DNA of 64,000 bases from Vicinamibacterales bacterium (GTDB lineage Bacteria; Acidobacteriota; Vicinamibacteria; Vicinamibacterales; UBA8438), in assembly GCA_965262555.1 (NCBI GenBank), contig OZ253543.1, positions 2,691,218 to 2,755,217 on the forward strand, written 5' to 3'. This document shows positions 44,392 to 54,163 of this stretch, piece after piece (the first letter of the stretch is position 1; every line of letters begins with the position of its first letter). The translations under genes and the position numbers were made by a program. The notes below the pieces were generated by a model. It saw only the letters and a list, made by a program, of their open reading frames with translations. It was not told the DNA's origin and ran no database searches.

Positions 44392-45462
44392 ATGCAGATG
44401 ACCTACCGACATCCCGTGGCGCTGGTTGCCATCCTGGCGATGGGCCTACTGGCCCAGGCGCCGCCCGCGGCCGGACAGGCGCAGGACCCGGAGACTCCGG
44501 CCGAATCGGACGCGTACGAGCCGCCGCGCATGCCCGACGGGCGGCCTGACCTGCAAGGGTTCTGGACCACGCAGACCTTCACCCCCATGGAGCGGCCCGA
44601 GCATCTGGTCGACAAGGCGTTCTACACGGCGGAGGAGGTGGCATCGCTCAACGCGCAGTTGACGGCCGACGGGGTTGACCCACTCGCGCGCCACGCCATC
44701 GCCATCGAGGATCCGGAAGAGCGGGACCAGGCGCTGTATCAGACCAACCGCGATGAGGACTACCTCCACTACGACAACGAACTCTGGCTACGTACGCCGG
44801 TGCCGAAGGGGCTGTCGACGCGGCGCACGTCGCTCGTGACGACCCCCGACGGCCGAATCCCCCCGGGCAACGCCCAGGCGGAGCAGCGTGCGGCCGTTCG
44901 CGCGGCGGCGCGTGAGGGTCGCGGCGCATTCGACGGCTACGAGCTGCGGCCGCTCCAGGAGCGGTGCATCGCCTGGACGCATAACGGGCCTCCAATGCTG
45001 CCGCCCGCCTACAACGATGTCCACCAGATCTTCCAGACGGAGGACTACGTCGTCGTCTTCACGGAGTTGAGCAACCACATGCCGCGGATCATTCCGGTCG
45101 ACGGACGCCCGCACGTCTCCGAGCGGATCCGGCAGCTCCCGGGTGATTCGCGCGGTCGCTGGGAAGGCGACACGCTGGTGGTCGAGACGACGCACTTCAC
45201 CGACAAGACGCGGTTCGAAGGATCGAGCGAGAACCTGCACGTCATCGAGCGGTTCGCTCGCATCTCCGACACGGAGATCCGCTACGAGTGGACGGTGTCC
45301 GACCCGTCGACGTGGGACCAGCCGTGGGGCGCCGAGATCCCGATGATCGCCACCGAGGGCCCGATGTACGAGTACGCCTGCCATGAGGGGAACTACGACA
45401 TCCGGCACATCCTGGAGATCTACCGGAACATTGAAGCGCAGGAAGCAGCGGGCGAGCGCTAG
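44392..45462 (+). CDS. conserved secreted protein of unknown function (paralog of 13754..14758)
   Basis: Signal peptide. Motif blocks shared with 13754..14758 include GDSRGRWEGDTLVVETTHF and YEYACHEGNY. GGGAGG RBS. Confidence 0.75.
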   Translation: MQMTYRHPVALVAILAMGLLAQAPPAAGQAQDPETPAESDAYEPPRMPDGRPDLQGFWTTQTFTPMERPEHLVDKAFYTAEEVASLNAQLTADGVDPLARHAIAIEDPEERDQALYQTNRDEDYLHYDNELWLRTPVPKGLSTRRTSLVTTPDGRIPPGNAQAEQRAAVRAAAREGRGAFDGYELRPLQERCIAWTHNGPPMLPPAYNDVHQIFQTEDYVVVFTELSNHMPRIIPVDGRPHVSERIRQLPGDSRGRWEGDTLVVETTHFTDKTRFEGSSENLHVIERFARISDTEIRYEWTVSDPSTWDQPWGAEIPMIATEGPMYEYACHEGNYDIRHILEIYRNIEAQEAAGER

Positions 45463-45498
45463 CAGGCGTGCGCCGGCGACGAAAGGCCGGGAGGCCAG

Positions 45499-47070
45499 TT
45501 ATTGCTTGCCGATGGCGGAGCGGCCCTGGCGCAGGACGTACTTCTGGATCTTGCCGGTCGCGGTCTTCGGCAACTGATCGACAAACGACACGTGGCGCGG
45601 CACCTTGAAGTGCGCCATCATGTCGCGCGCCCAGGCGATCAGCGCCTCCGCCGTGACTGACCCACCGTCAGCCGTGACCACGAAGGCGTGCGGCGTCTCC
45701 CCCCATTGCTCGTCGGGCACGCCGACGACCGCCACCTCCAGCACCGCCGGGTGGCGCATCAGCACCCCTTCCACCTCGACCGAGGAGATGTTCTCACCGC
45801 CGCTGATGATGACGTCCTTGAACCGGTCGCGGATCTCGACGTAGCCGTCCGGGTGCACCACTGCGGCATCGCCGCTGTGGAACCAGCCGTCGCGCATCGC
45901 GTTGGCGGTCGCCTGCGGGTCGTTGTAGTAGCCCGCCATGACGACGTTGCCGCGGACGATGATTTCGCCCAGCGTCGCGGTATCGCGCGGGACGTCGTTG
46001 CCATCCTCGTCCACCACGCGCAGTTCGCCAGAGGTGATGAGCTCCACGCCCTGGCGCGCCTTGATCGTGGCGAGTTCCTCGAGCGCCAACCCGACATGTT
46101 CGGGGCGAGGCTCACAGACCGTGATGAGCGGCGCCGTCTCGGTCAACCCGTAGACATGCTGCAGCTCCCATCCCAGATCTCCCTCGATCCGCTGAATCGT
46201 TGCCGCGGCGGGAGGCGCGCCTGCGGTCAGGACGCGGATCCCCGCGGGCGCCGTCGCGCGCGCGTCGGCCGGCGCGTTCGCCAGCATGATCAGCACGGTC
46301 GGCGCGGCGCACAGGTGCGTCACCGACTCGTCGCGCATCAGCCCGAATGCCCTCACCGGATCGACCGCGCGGAGGCACACGTGCGTACCGCCGGCGGCGG
46401 TGACGATCCAGGTGAACGTCCAGCCATTGGCATGGAACATCGGCAACGTCCAGAGGTACCGGGCCCCCACGCGCATCGGCCAGTGAAGAAGCGTGCCGAC
46501 CGCGTTCATGTACACGTTGCGGTGCGTGATCATCACCCCCTTGGGACGCGATGTCGTGCCGCTGGTGTAGTTGATGGTCAGCAGGTCGCGCTCGTCGATC
46601 GCGGGCGCGTCAAAGCGGGGCTCCTCGGCGCCGAGGAGCGCCTCGTAGTCGTGCCACCCGTCGCCGGCTCCCTCAAGGGCGACGCACTGCTCCACGGCCG
46701 GGCAGTCGCCGCGGATGCCGTCGATCGCCTCGAGATAGTCGGCTGCGGCGCACACCACCGTCGCGCCACTGTGACCGATGATGTAGGCGATCTCCTCCGG
46801 CGTCAGGCGGTAGTTGATCGGCACCACCACCCCGCCGATCTGCGGCACGCTGTAGAACGACTCCAGTTGTGCGTGCGTGTTCGGCGAGATGTAGGCGACC
46901 CGGTCGCCTTTCGCGACGCCCAGGCGCTGCAACGCGGCGGACCACCGGTCGCACCGGTCGAAGAACGCCTCGTAGGTGAGCCGCAGCGGTCCATCAACGA
47001 CCGCCTCCCGATCCGCGTACAGACTGCGGGCGCGGCGCTGAAACTCCAGCGGCGTCAGGGGCGTTTCCAC
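45499..47070 (-). CDS. AMP-binding acyl-CoA synthetase (medium-chain type)
   Basis: YTSGTTSRPKGV, YGLTET, SGDAA, TATGKIQK motifs. Confidence 0.9.
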   Translation of the reverse strand: METPLTPLEFQRRARSLYADREAVVDGPLRLTYEAFFDRCDRWSAALQRLGVAKGDRVAYISPNTHAQLESFYSVPQIGGVVVPINYRLTPEEIAYIIGHSGATVVCAAADYLEAIDGIRGDCPAVEQCVALEGAGDGWHDYEALLGAEEPRFDAPAIDERDLLTINYTSGTTSRPKGVMITHRNVYMNAVGTLLHWPMRVGARYLWTLPMFHANGWTFTWIVTAAGGTHVCLRAVDPVRAFGLMRDESVTHLCAAPTVLIMLANAPADARATAPAGIRVLTAGAPPAAATIQRIEGDLGWELQHVYGLTETAPLITVCEPRPEHVGLALEELATIKARQGVELITSGELRVVDEDGNDVPRDTATLGEIIVRGNVVMAGYYNDPQATANAMRDGWFHSGDAAVVHPDGYVEIRDRFKDVIISGGENISSVEVEGVLMRHPAVLEVAVVGVPDEQWGETPHAFVVTADGGSVTAEALIAWARDMMAHFKVPRHVSFVDQLPKTATGKIQKYVLRQGRSAIGKQ

Positions 47071-47113
47071 GGATAATCGGCGGAAGCAGGCCGCGCCGAC
47101 GGGCGCCGCGCGC

Positions 47114-47590
47114 TTACTTCAGGTGCGAGTAGTCGGTCGTGCTCATGTAGGAGACGACTGGCCGCTGAATCGGCACGTTGTACTTTGCGAGCAGCGCGTC
47201 CCAATCCGGGTCCTCGCGGAACTTGGACCACACCTCCTGGCGGTGCTCCCAGTCGCGGTACGCCAGCATCCAGACCAGCGTGTCCGGCTTCTGGAGGTCC
47301 TGCCAGACAGCGACCACTTCGGCACCATGCTTCTCGAAAATCGCGACTTCCTGCTCGCGGAACCGCTGGTGGAGCATGTTGATGTCCCCCTTGAAGTCGC
47401 CCTGGCCGACGCGCGACTGGTCCACGGTGTACATCCGCAGCTCGAAGCAGCGGGCTTCGTTGCCGACGTTGTGGGAGAGTTCCGACGGCAACTGGCCCTT
47501 CGGACCGCACGGGCCCTCGAAGCCCTGGGCGCTGGCCACGCCGACGAGACTCAGGCTGATGATGACGGCAAGCATGACGGTACGGATCAC
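47114..47590 (-). CDS. NIPSNAP family protein with signal peptide
   Basis: ELR.Y... ferredoxin-like NIPSNAP pattern preceded by MIRTVMLAVIISLSLVGVASAQG. Confidence 0.7.
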   Translation of the reverse strand: MIRTVMLAVIISLSLVGVASAQGFEGPCGPKGQLPSELSHNVGNEARCFELRMYTVDQSRVGQGDFKGDINMLHQRFREQEVAIFEKHGAEVVAVWQDLQKPDTLVWMLAYRDWEHRQEVWSKFREDPDWDALLAKYNVPIQRPVVSYMSTTDYSHLK

Positions 47591-47677
47591 TGGTCCTCCT
47601 TGGTCGCTGCGTCGCCTCGTCGCGACGCGTCACGGTGCGCCGGGTGAGCGCATTGTATGACAGCCCGCGGGCAGATC

Positions 47678-48733
47678 CTAGTTGGTGCCAGCGGCGGGAT
47701 CGAGGGTGCTGAGCCGGTTCCAGAACACCGACGTCTGGCCCTCGCGCCCCTCGGCATCGGTCGACACCGGTGGCTGCAGGACGAGCTGCCCGTCGCGGAA
47801 CTGGAAGCGGCGGTGTGCGTCGGTGCCCACCTGCTCCGGGTCGAGGTGACCGGCGCGGTGATGCACGACCACCGCGTCGTCCGCCTGCAGGCTGAACGAA
47901 CCGAAGTAGCTGAGATAGCTTCGGAACGCCGCGTCCGCCTCCGGCGCAGTCGGCCGTACGCCCTCGTAGGGCTGCCGGTCGGCGCGCATCAACTGCACCG
48001 CCATCTGGCCCGACGGCATGTACGCCAGGTAGCCGTCGGCGTACTGCGCCACCGGGATCGCCGCGCCCTCCGGCGTGTGCCGCTCGAACCGGTCGAGTGC
48101 CCAGAATCCGTAGAAGCGACCAGCGTCGGAGTCCGTCTGGTTGACGGGCGGCACCCGCTCCCACACATACCGCAACTGCACGCCGGTGGTGCCGTACGAG
48201 CAGCCGGAGTCGGTGACGTAGGAATCGGGACACTGCAGGGCCGGCGTCAGGATCAACTGATCACCGGAGAACTCGTAGAACAGTTCAGGCGCCTCGCCGG
48301 TGCGCCGCGGATTGAGACTGCCCGCCAGCCGGTGCGTGACGTCTCCCTGCGCCTCGTTCACGTCGTAGGTCCCGAAGGATGCCATGTACCCCTCGACGGC
48401 GGCACGGACGTCGTCCGACGAACGCCCTGCCTCCTGCATGATCATGCTCACCCGCTCGCCGTCGTACATCAGGTAGCCGAGCACCTCGGCGAGGCCGACT
48501 GTCGGATGCATCAGGTGAGAGAGCGGCTCGCCCCGCTGATCGTAGCGGTCGGTGCGCGCCAGCCGCCACGTGCCAATGAACAGTGCGTCCGGATCGACCG
48601 GCCCGGCGCCTGCCCCGGCATCCGCCGTGGTCGCGTCCGAGTCCGCCGCCCGGCAGCCAGCCGCCAGCAACGCGGGCACACCCAGCAGGATCAGGCACCA
48701 GACGACGGGCCGCGCGCGGCGCCAAGGGAGCAT
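47678..48733 (-). CDS. lipoprotein with two lipocalin-like repeats
   Basis: Lipobox LAAGC. Two GTW.L / GFWAL-initiated repeats resemble the lipocalin-like domain family. Start at ATG 48733. Confidence 0.55.
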   Translation of the reverse strand: MLPWRRARPVVWCLILLGVPALLAAGCRAADSDATTADAGAGAGPVDPDALFIGTWRLARTDRYDQRGEPLSHLMHPTVGLAEVLGYLMYDGERVSMIMQEAGRSSDDVRAAVEGYMASFGTYDVNEAQGDVTHRLAGSLNPRRTGEAPELFYEFSGDQLILTPALQCPDSYVTDSGCSYGTTGVQLRYVWERVPPVNQTDSDAGRFYGFWALDRFERHTPEGAAIPVAQYADGYLAYMPSGQMAVQLMRADRQPYEGVRPTAPEADAAFRSYLSYFGSFSLQADDAVVVHHRAGHLDPEQVGTDAHRRFQFRDGQLVLQPPVSTDAEGREGQTSVFWNRLSTLDPAAGTN

Positions 48734-48852
48734 GCGGAAGTATGGCACACCGGCGCCAGCGCCCCCCCAGACCGCTCGGTGCCGGGCCGACGCGGATGTT
48801 ACGATGCAGGATTGACGATCGCCTCGACTGATCACCGGGAGAAGACACTGCC

Positions 48853-50328
48853 ATGACCTTCGTTTCGAGCCTGGAACCGACCCCCGTCTGGACGCAGTTC
48901 GACGCCATCCTCACCATCCCGCGCGCCTCGAAGGACGAGGAGCGGATGCGGCAGCATGTGATCGCGGTCGCCGCGCGCCTCGGTCTGACCCACGCGGTCG
49001 ACGCCGCCGGTAATATCGTCGTCCGGAAACCGGGCACTGCTGGGCACGAGGGCGCGGACGTGACGATCCTGCAGTCGCACCTCGACATGGTGCAGGAGAA
49101 GAACCGCAACATCGCGTTCGACTTCGCGACCGACGCGATAGTCCCCCAGCGGTCGGGCGACTACGTCACCGCGACTGGCACGACGCTCGGCTCGGACAAC
49201 GGCATCGGCGTCGCCGCGATGCTCGCCGTCATGGAGGCGACCGATCTCGTCCACGGCCCGCTCGAGTGTCTCTTCACGATCGACGAAGAAACCGGCCTGA
49301 CCGGCGCCGCCCGGTTGGACGGGTCGCTGCTTGTGGGACGCCGCCTGCTCAACCTCGACTCCGAGGAAGAGGGGATCGTCTACGTCGGCTGCGCCGGCGG
49401 CGGCGACACGCACCTGACGCTCGCCACCGAGACCGCGCCAACCGCGGCCAACGCCCGGCGCGCCGCGCTCGCGCTGACCGGCCTCAAGGGCGGGCATTCC
49501 GGCTGCGACATCCACCTGCAGCGGGGGAACGCGATCGGCCTGTTGGCGCGCGCGCTCTGGGCGGCGTACCAGGAGACGCCGTTCCACCTGGCTGGCCTTC
49601 GGGGCGGCAGCGCGCACAACGCGATTCCGCGCGAGGCGTTCGCGACAGTCGTCGCCGAGGGCGACGCGCTCGACCGGCTGCTTGCCCTGGTCCGTGCCGA
49701 AGCGGAGGAAATCCGGAAGGAATACCGGCCCGCCGATCCAGGCATCGCACTCTCGGTCGACGACTCCGCGGATGCTACCGGGGACGGCCATCCATGGGAC
49801 GCGGCAACCACCGCGTCGGTGCTTCGTCTGCTCACCAGCCTGCCGCACGGCGTCGAAGCGATGAGCTACGACATTCCCGACCTGGTGGAGACGAGCACCA
49901 ACCTCGCAACGGTCGCCGCCGCGAATGGATCGATCGTGATCACGACCAGCACCCGATCATCGATCGACGCCGCGCTCGATGCGCTCCGCCGCCGCATCCG
50001 CGCCACCGGCGAACTGGCGGGCGCGCACGTGGAAGAACGGGCCGCGTACCCCGGCTGGAAGCCGAACCTGGCGTCGCCCCTGCTCAAGACGGTGAAGCGG
50101 GTGCATGCCGACGTGCTAGGCACCGAGCCGGACGTGAAGGCGATTCACGCCGGACTGGAGTGCGGCATCATCGGCAAGAAGACGCCCGGCATCGACATGA
50201 TCTCGTTCGGCCCGACCATCGAGTTCCCCCACTCCCCCGACGAACGGGTCCACGTCGACTCGGTCGGCCGCTTCTACCGGCTGCTGACCGCGATGCTCGC
50301 GGCCCTTGCGGAGGGAGACCGGACGTAG
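48853..50328 (+). CDS. pepD: aminoacyl-histidine dipeptidase (M20C, PepD)
   Basis: LQSHLDMV, GSDNGIG, FTIDEETG, GGHSG, IHAGLECG blocks. Confidence 0.9.
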   Translation: MTFVSSLEPTPVWTQFDAILTIPRASKDEERMRQHVIAVAARLGLTHAVDAAGNIVVRKPGTAGHEGADVTILQSHLDMVQEKNRNIAFDFATDAIVPQRSGDYVTATGTTLGSDNGIGVAAMLAVMEATDLVHGPLECLFTIDEETGLTGAARLDGSLLVGRRLLNLDSEEEGIVYVGCAGGGDTHLTLATETAPTAANARRAALALTGLKGGHSGCDIHLQRGNAIGLLARALWAAYQETPFHLAGLRGGSAHNAIPREAFATVVAEGDALDRLLALVRAEAEEIRKEYRPADPGIALSVDDSADATGDGHPWDAATTASVLRLLTSLPHGVEAMSYDIPDLVETSTNLATVAAANGSIVITTSTRSSIDAALDALRRRIRATGELAGAHVEERAAYPGWKPNLASPLLKTVKRVHADVLGTEPDVKAIHAGLECGIIGKKTPGIDMISFGPTIEFPHSPDERVHVDSVGRFYRLLTAMLAALAEGDRT

Positions 50329-50393
50329 GGACGCGTCCGGCGCCTGACGTCTCCGTCGCCCCAGCGAGCAGCCCGTGGTGAAACCGCGGGCTG

Positions 50394-50966
50394 CTAGTCC
50401 ACGGGGTTGCCGCGCACATCCGTCAGCGTGCGGTAGCCGTCCGCCCGGTCGCGGGCCACGTGGGCGTCGCGGTAGAAACCGGCGGTGTGGACGGTGATCG
50501 TCACTTCCGACGTGCCTGGATTCTCCCAGTACCAGCCGTGGATCCCGGCGAATGGCGCGATGTAGCTGCCGTCCGCCGCATCGCTCTCGCGCGCATCGAA
50601 GCTCTCGGCGTAGCCGGGCGGGGCGCCGTCCGGCGCGCTGTGGAAGTTGTATTCGACCGGGCCAGTGGCGCGCCACGTGTAGAGCATCGCGGCGCCCTCC
50701 TCGAGGCGGTAGGTGTACTCCACCCAAGCACCTGGCGGGAGCGGCAGTTCCACCGTGTCGAGCCGGTACTCGTCCTCCTCCGCCGTGATCGCGGCCACCT
50801 GCGCAAGCGCGAGCAGGCCGAATAGCTCGCCGGTGCCGAGCGGATCGACGCCGTACTCTGCCGGGAGGACCGCTCCGGCGAAGACCAGGGCAGCGATCAG
50901 CAGCGACGCCAGCGCGGCGAGGCCGAGCCGTCGGATCGACACGGGCGGCGGCGCGATGTCAGGCAT
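50394..50966 (-). CDS. membrane-anchored hypothetical protein
   Basis: One N-terminal TM segment then a beta-rich domain. Lies 24 nt downstream of the HupE-like gene. No family recognised. Confidence 0.55.
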   Translation of the reverse strand: MPDIAPPPVSIRRLGLAALASLLIAALVFAGAVLPAEYGVDPLGTGELFGLLALAQVAAITAEEDEYRLDTVELPLPPGAWVEYTYRLEEGAAMLYTWRATGPVEYNFHSAPDGAPPGYAESFDARESDAADGSYIAPFAGIHGWYWENPGTSEVTITVHTAGFYRDAHVARDRADGYRTLTDVRGNPVD

Positions 50967-50990
50967 TATCGGAGACGCACCGGGCCGGCA

Positions 50991-51704
50991 TCAGGGATAG
51001 CAGACGTAGCCGAACACCTGCTGCGCCGTCAGAACAAAGCCGCCACCCATCAGGACGGCGTTCGTCACGAACGCGTGCCGGACGAAGCTGGGGCGCATCC
51101 GCCAGGCGGTGATGCCCACGAGCACGGCGGTGAGCGCCAGGACCTGGCCGATCTCGACGCCGAGGTTGAAGCTCAGAATGTTTGCCACGAGCCCGTTGTC
51201 CGTCACCGTGAACTCCTGCAGCTTCGTTGCCAGCCCCAGGCCATGGAACAGGCCGAATACGAGCACGGCGACCCGCGCGTTCGGCCGGACACCCAGCACC
51301 CGCTCGAAACCTCCCATGTTCTCGAACGCTTTGTAGCAGACCGACAACCCGATACTGGCGTCGATGACATAGGCGTTCACCTCCAGTCCGCCCAGCACGC
51401 CGAGCAGCAGCGTGATGCTGTGCCCCAGCGTGAAGAGGCTGACGTAGAGGACGACGTCGCGCAGGCGGTACAGGAAAAAGATGACCCCTACCAGAAAAAG
51501 CAGGTGGTCGTACCCCGTCACCATGTGCTTGGCGCCGAGGTACATGAACGGCGCCGGCGCCGGTCCGTCCACCCCCTGGACGAACGCGGCGTTCTGCGTG
51601 TCCATGGGGTGCGCCGCGGCGGCGGCGGGGAGCAGCAGCCCCAGCGCTGCAGCCAGCAGGACGGCGGCGGCCTGAGCCCGGAACGGGACGATCGGGTGTC
51701 GCAC
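50991..51704 (-). CDS. HupE/UreJ family membrane protein
   Basis: AAAHPMD after the signal. TGYDHLLFL, TLGHSIT, LVFGLFHGLG motifs. Start (GTG 51704) is uncertain. Confidence 0.7.
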   Translation of the reverse strand: MRHPIVPFRAQAAAVLLAAALGLLLPAAAAAHPMDTQNAAFVQGVDGPAPAPFMYLGAKHMVTGYDHLLFLVGVIFFLYRLRDVVLYVSLFTLGHSITLLLGVLGGLEVNAYVIDASIGLSVCYKAFENMGGFERVLGVRPNARVAVLVFGLFHGLGLATKLQEFTVTDNGLVANILSFNLGVEIGQVLALTAVLVGITAWRMRPSFVRHAFVTNAVLMGGGFVLTAQQVFGYVCYP

Positions 51705-51771
51705 GGCGGCTAGTCGCCGCCTGTCGGAGGGGCGGCGGTCGGATCCTCGGTGCCGTAGAAGCCGATCATCG

Positions 51772-52629
51772 TTATTCCTCGTTGGTTGGGCGCGCACCCT
51801 TCTGGCCGATCGTGTTCCGCAGCACGCCGACATGTTCCAGCTCGATCTCGACCACGTCGCCCGGCTGCATCGCCGTCGTGGCGCCCGGCGTGCCGGTGAA
51901 GATCATGTCGCCCGGCTCGAGCGTGACGTACCGGCTGATGTAGCTCACCAGGAACTCCGGACTGAAGAGCAGATCGCTGGTCCGCTGCGACTGCTTCACC
52001 TCGCCATTGACGCGGGTCTGCAGCAGCAAGTCGTTGTAGTTCACGCCGTGCGCCATCACCGGCCCGACCGGTCCGAACGTGTCCGCGCCCTTGGCGCGGA
52101 ACCACTGCAGGTCGTTGCCCTGCCATTGCCGCTCGCTGATGTCGTTGCCCGGCGCAACGGCGAAGATGTAGTCAGCCGCCTCCTCGACCGGTACGTTGCG
52201 CGCCGTCCGCCCGATGATCAGCACCAGCTCCCCCTCGAAGTGGAGATCGGTGGCGTCCTCGTAGTAGGCGACGGTCGCCTCGTGTCCGATGAGCGACGTC
52301 GCGTGCTTGTCGAACAGGCCCGGCTCGACCGGCGGCGTGCGCCCGTCGAGGTGACTGCGGTAGTTGAAGCCGGCCGCCACCACCTTCCGCGGCTCGGTCG
52401 GGGGGAGGAGCGTGACGTCGCCAAGCGTTACGGTGACGCCGGTGCGCGACGGCGACTCGAACACGCTGCCCTCGATCTGATGGATCGTCTCGCCTTCCAG
52501 CTCGCCGTACGAGACGACGCCGCGGTGCTCGTAGCGAAGGTACTTCGTTCCCTCCTGGGCGGCGACCGGCGTCCCCGTCGCCAGCAGAATCGCCGCCACC
52601 AACGTCGCGACGACACTAATGCGTCTCAT
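51772..52629 (-). CDS. fumarylacetoacetate hydrolase (FAH) family protein with signal-like N-terminus
   Basis: G.NY..H, EGEL..iIG, D.S.R and GD.i.TGTP blocks. N-terminal MRRISVVATLVAAILLATGTPVAAQ. Confidence 0.85.
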   Translation of the reverse strand: MRRISVVATLVAAILLATGTPVAAQEGTKYLRYEHRGVVSYGELEGETIHQIEGSVFESPSRTGVTVTLGDVTLLPPTEPRKVVAAGFNYRSHLDGRTPPVEPGLFDKHATSLIGHEATVAYYEDATDLHFEGELVLIIGRTARNVPVEEAADYIFAVAPGNDISERQWQGNDLQWFRAKGADTFGPVGPVMAHGVNYNDLLLQTRVNGEVKQSQRTSDLLFSPEFLVSYISRYVTLEPGDMIFTGTPGATTAMQPGDVVEIELEHVGVLRNTIGQKGARPTNEE

Positions 52630-52778
52630 GGTTACTCCTCCTCGCCAGGCGGCTGCACTGACACGAACTGCCGGAGAAGCGTAGCATGCAGCATGCTATT
52701 CTGCCTGTTGGGGCAGGCGCGCAGGCCGGGCGGCACGGCGTTGCGCCACGGGGCGCAGCCGGCACGCCAGCACCGCCG

Positions 52779-54116
52779 ATGACCACGACCGCCAGCTTCC
52801 TGCCGCGCGATCAAGCCCATCTGATCCATCCGCTGCACGACCCGTCGCTCCACCGCGAGGCACTGGTCTGGGCCAGGGGCGAGGGTGCCATCCTGACCGA
52901 CGCCGACGGCCGCGAGTACATCGACGGCCTCGCCGGTCTCTGGAACGTCACCGCCGGCCACGGCCGGACGGAGCTGGCCGAGGCCATGCGCTCGCAGGCG
53001 ACGGAGCTCGCCTACGTCTCCGGGTACGCCGGCAGCTCCAACCCGCGCGCCATCGAACTCGCCGAGCGCCTGTCCGCGCTCTGCTACCCATCCATCAATC
53101 ACTTCTTCTTCACGAGCGGCGGAGGCGAAGCAACGGAGAGCAGCATCAAGATGGCGCGCGCCGTCTGGAAGCTGCGCGGCCGGCCGTCGAAGACCAAGGT
53201 GATTTCGCGCGTCGACGCCTATCACGGCGTGACCCTGGCGGCGATGAGCGCCACCGGCATCAGCCGCTACTGGCCGCTGTTCGAGCCGCGCGTCCCGGGG
53301 TTCGTCCACATCGCGGCGCCGGATCCGTACCGCTACGCGGCGCCGGCAGGCGCGAGCGTCGGTGTCGCCGCCGCCAACGAGCTCGAACGGGCAATCGAGC
53401 GGGAGGGCGCCGACACGGTGGCGCTGTTCATCGCCGAGCCGGTGCAGGGGGCGGGCGGCGTGATCGTCCCGCCGAACGACTACTTCCCCCGCATCCGCGA
53501 GATCTGCGACCGGCACGACGTGCTCTTCGCCGCCGACGAGGTGATCACCGGCTTCGGCCGGACCGGCCGCCTCTTCGCACTCGACCATTGGGGAATCGAG
53601 CCGGACATCGTCCAGTTCGCCAAGGGGATCACCTCGGGCTACTTCCCCTTCGGCGGCATCGGCATCAGCGACGACCTGGCAGCAACGATCGACGGAGCGG
53701 GCGAGCCGTGGATGCATGCCTACACCTACAGCGCGCATCCGGTCGGCTGTGCCGTGGCGCTCCGCACGCTCCGGATCATCGAGGAGGAACGCTTTCCGGA
53801 ACAGGCCGCGGCCAAGGGACGCGCGCTGCTGGACAGCCTGCATGCCGCGCTGGACGACCATCCCCACGTCGGCAACATCCGGGGCAAGGGCCTGATGTGC
53901 GCCGTCGAGCTAGTGGAGGACCGCGCCACGAAACGGCCGTTCCCGGCCGACCGCAGCATCGGCGCCGCGCTGCTTCGCGAGACAATCTCCCGCGGCCTGG
54001 TGAGCCGGACCAAGGGCGACACGTACCTGCTCGCCCCCCCGATCGTCACCACCGACGATCACCTGGTTCGCATCGTGGAGATCCTCGCCGACTCCGTCCG
54101 CGCCGTCCTGGGATGA
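52779..54116 (+). CDS. class III (omega) aminotransferase
   Basis: SGGEATE, DEVITGFGRTG and FAKGITSGY (PLP lysine) blocks. Confidence 0.9.
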   Translation: MTTTASFLPRDQAHLIHPLHDPSLHREALVWARGEGAILTDADGREYIDGLAGLWNVTAGHGRTELAEAMRSQATELAYVSGYAGSSNPRAIELAERLSALCYPSINHFFFTSGGGEATESSIKMARAVWKLRGRPSKTKVISRVDAYHGVTLAAMSATGISRYWPLFEPRVPGFVHIAAPDPYRYAAPAGASVGVAAANELERAIEREGADTVALFIAEPVQGAGGVIVPPNDYFPRIREICDRHDVLFAADEVITGFGRTGRLFALDHWGIEPDIVQFAKGITSGYFPFGGIGISDDLAATIDGAGEPWMHAYTYSAHPVGCAVALRTLRIIEEERFPEQAAAKGRALLDSLHAALDDHPHVGNIRGKGLMCAVELVEDRATKRPFPADRSIGAALLRETISRGLVSRTKGDTYLLAPPIVTTDDHLVRIVEILADSVRAVLG

Positions 54117-54163
54117 GCCGCCGTCCCCTGGCTCACGGCCGGATGGTAGAGTGAAAGTCTTCC

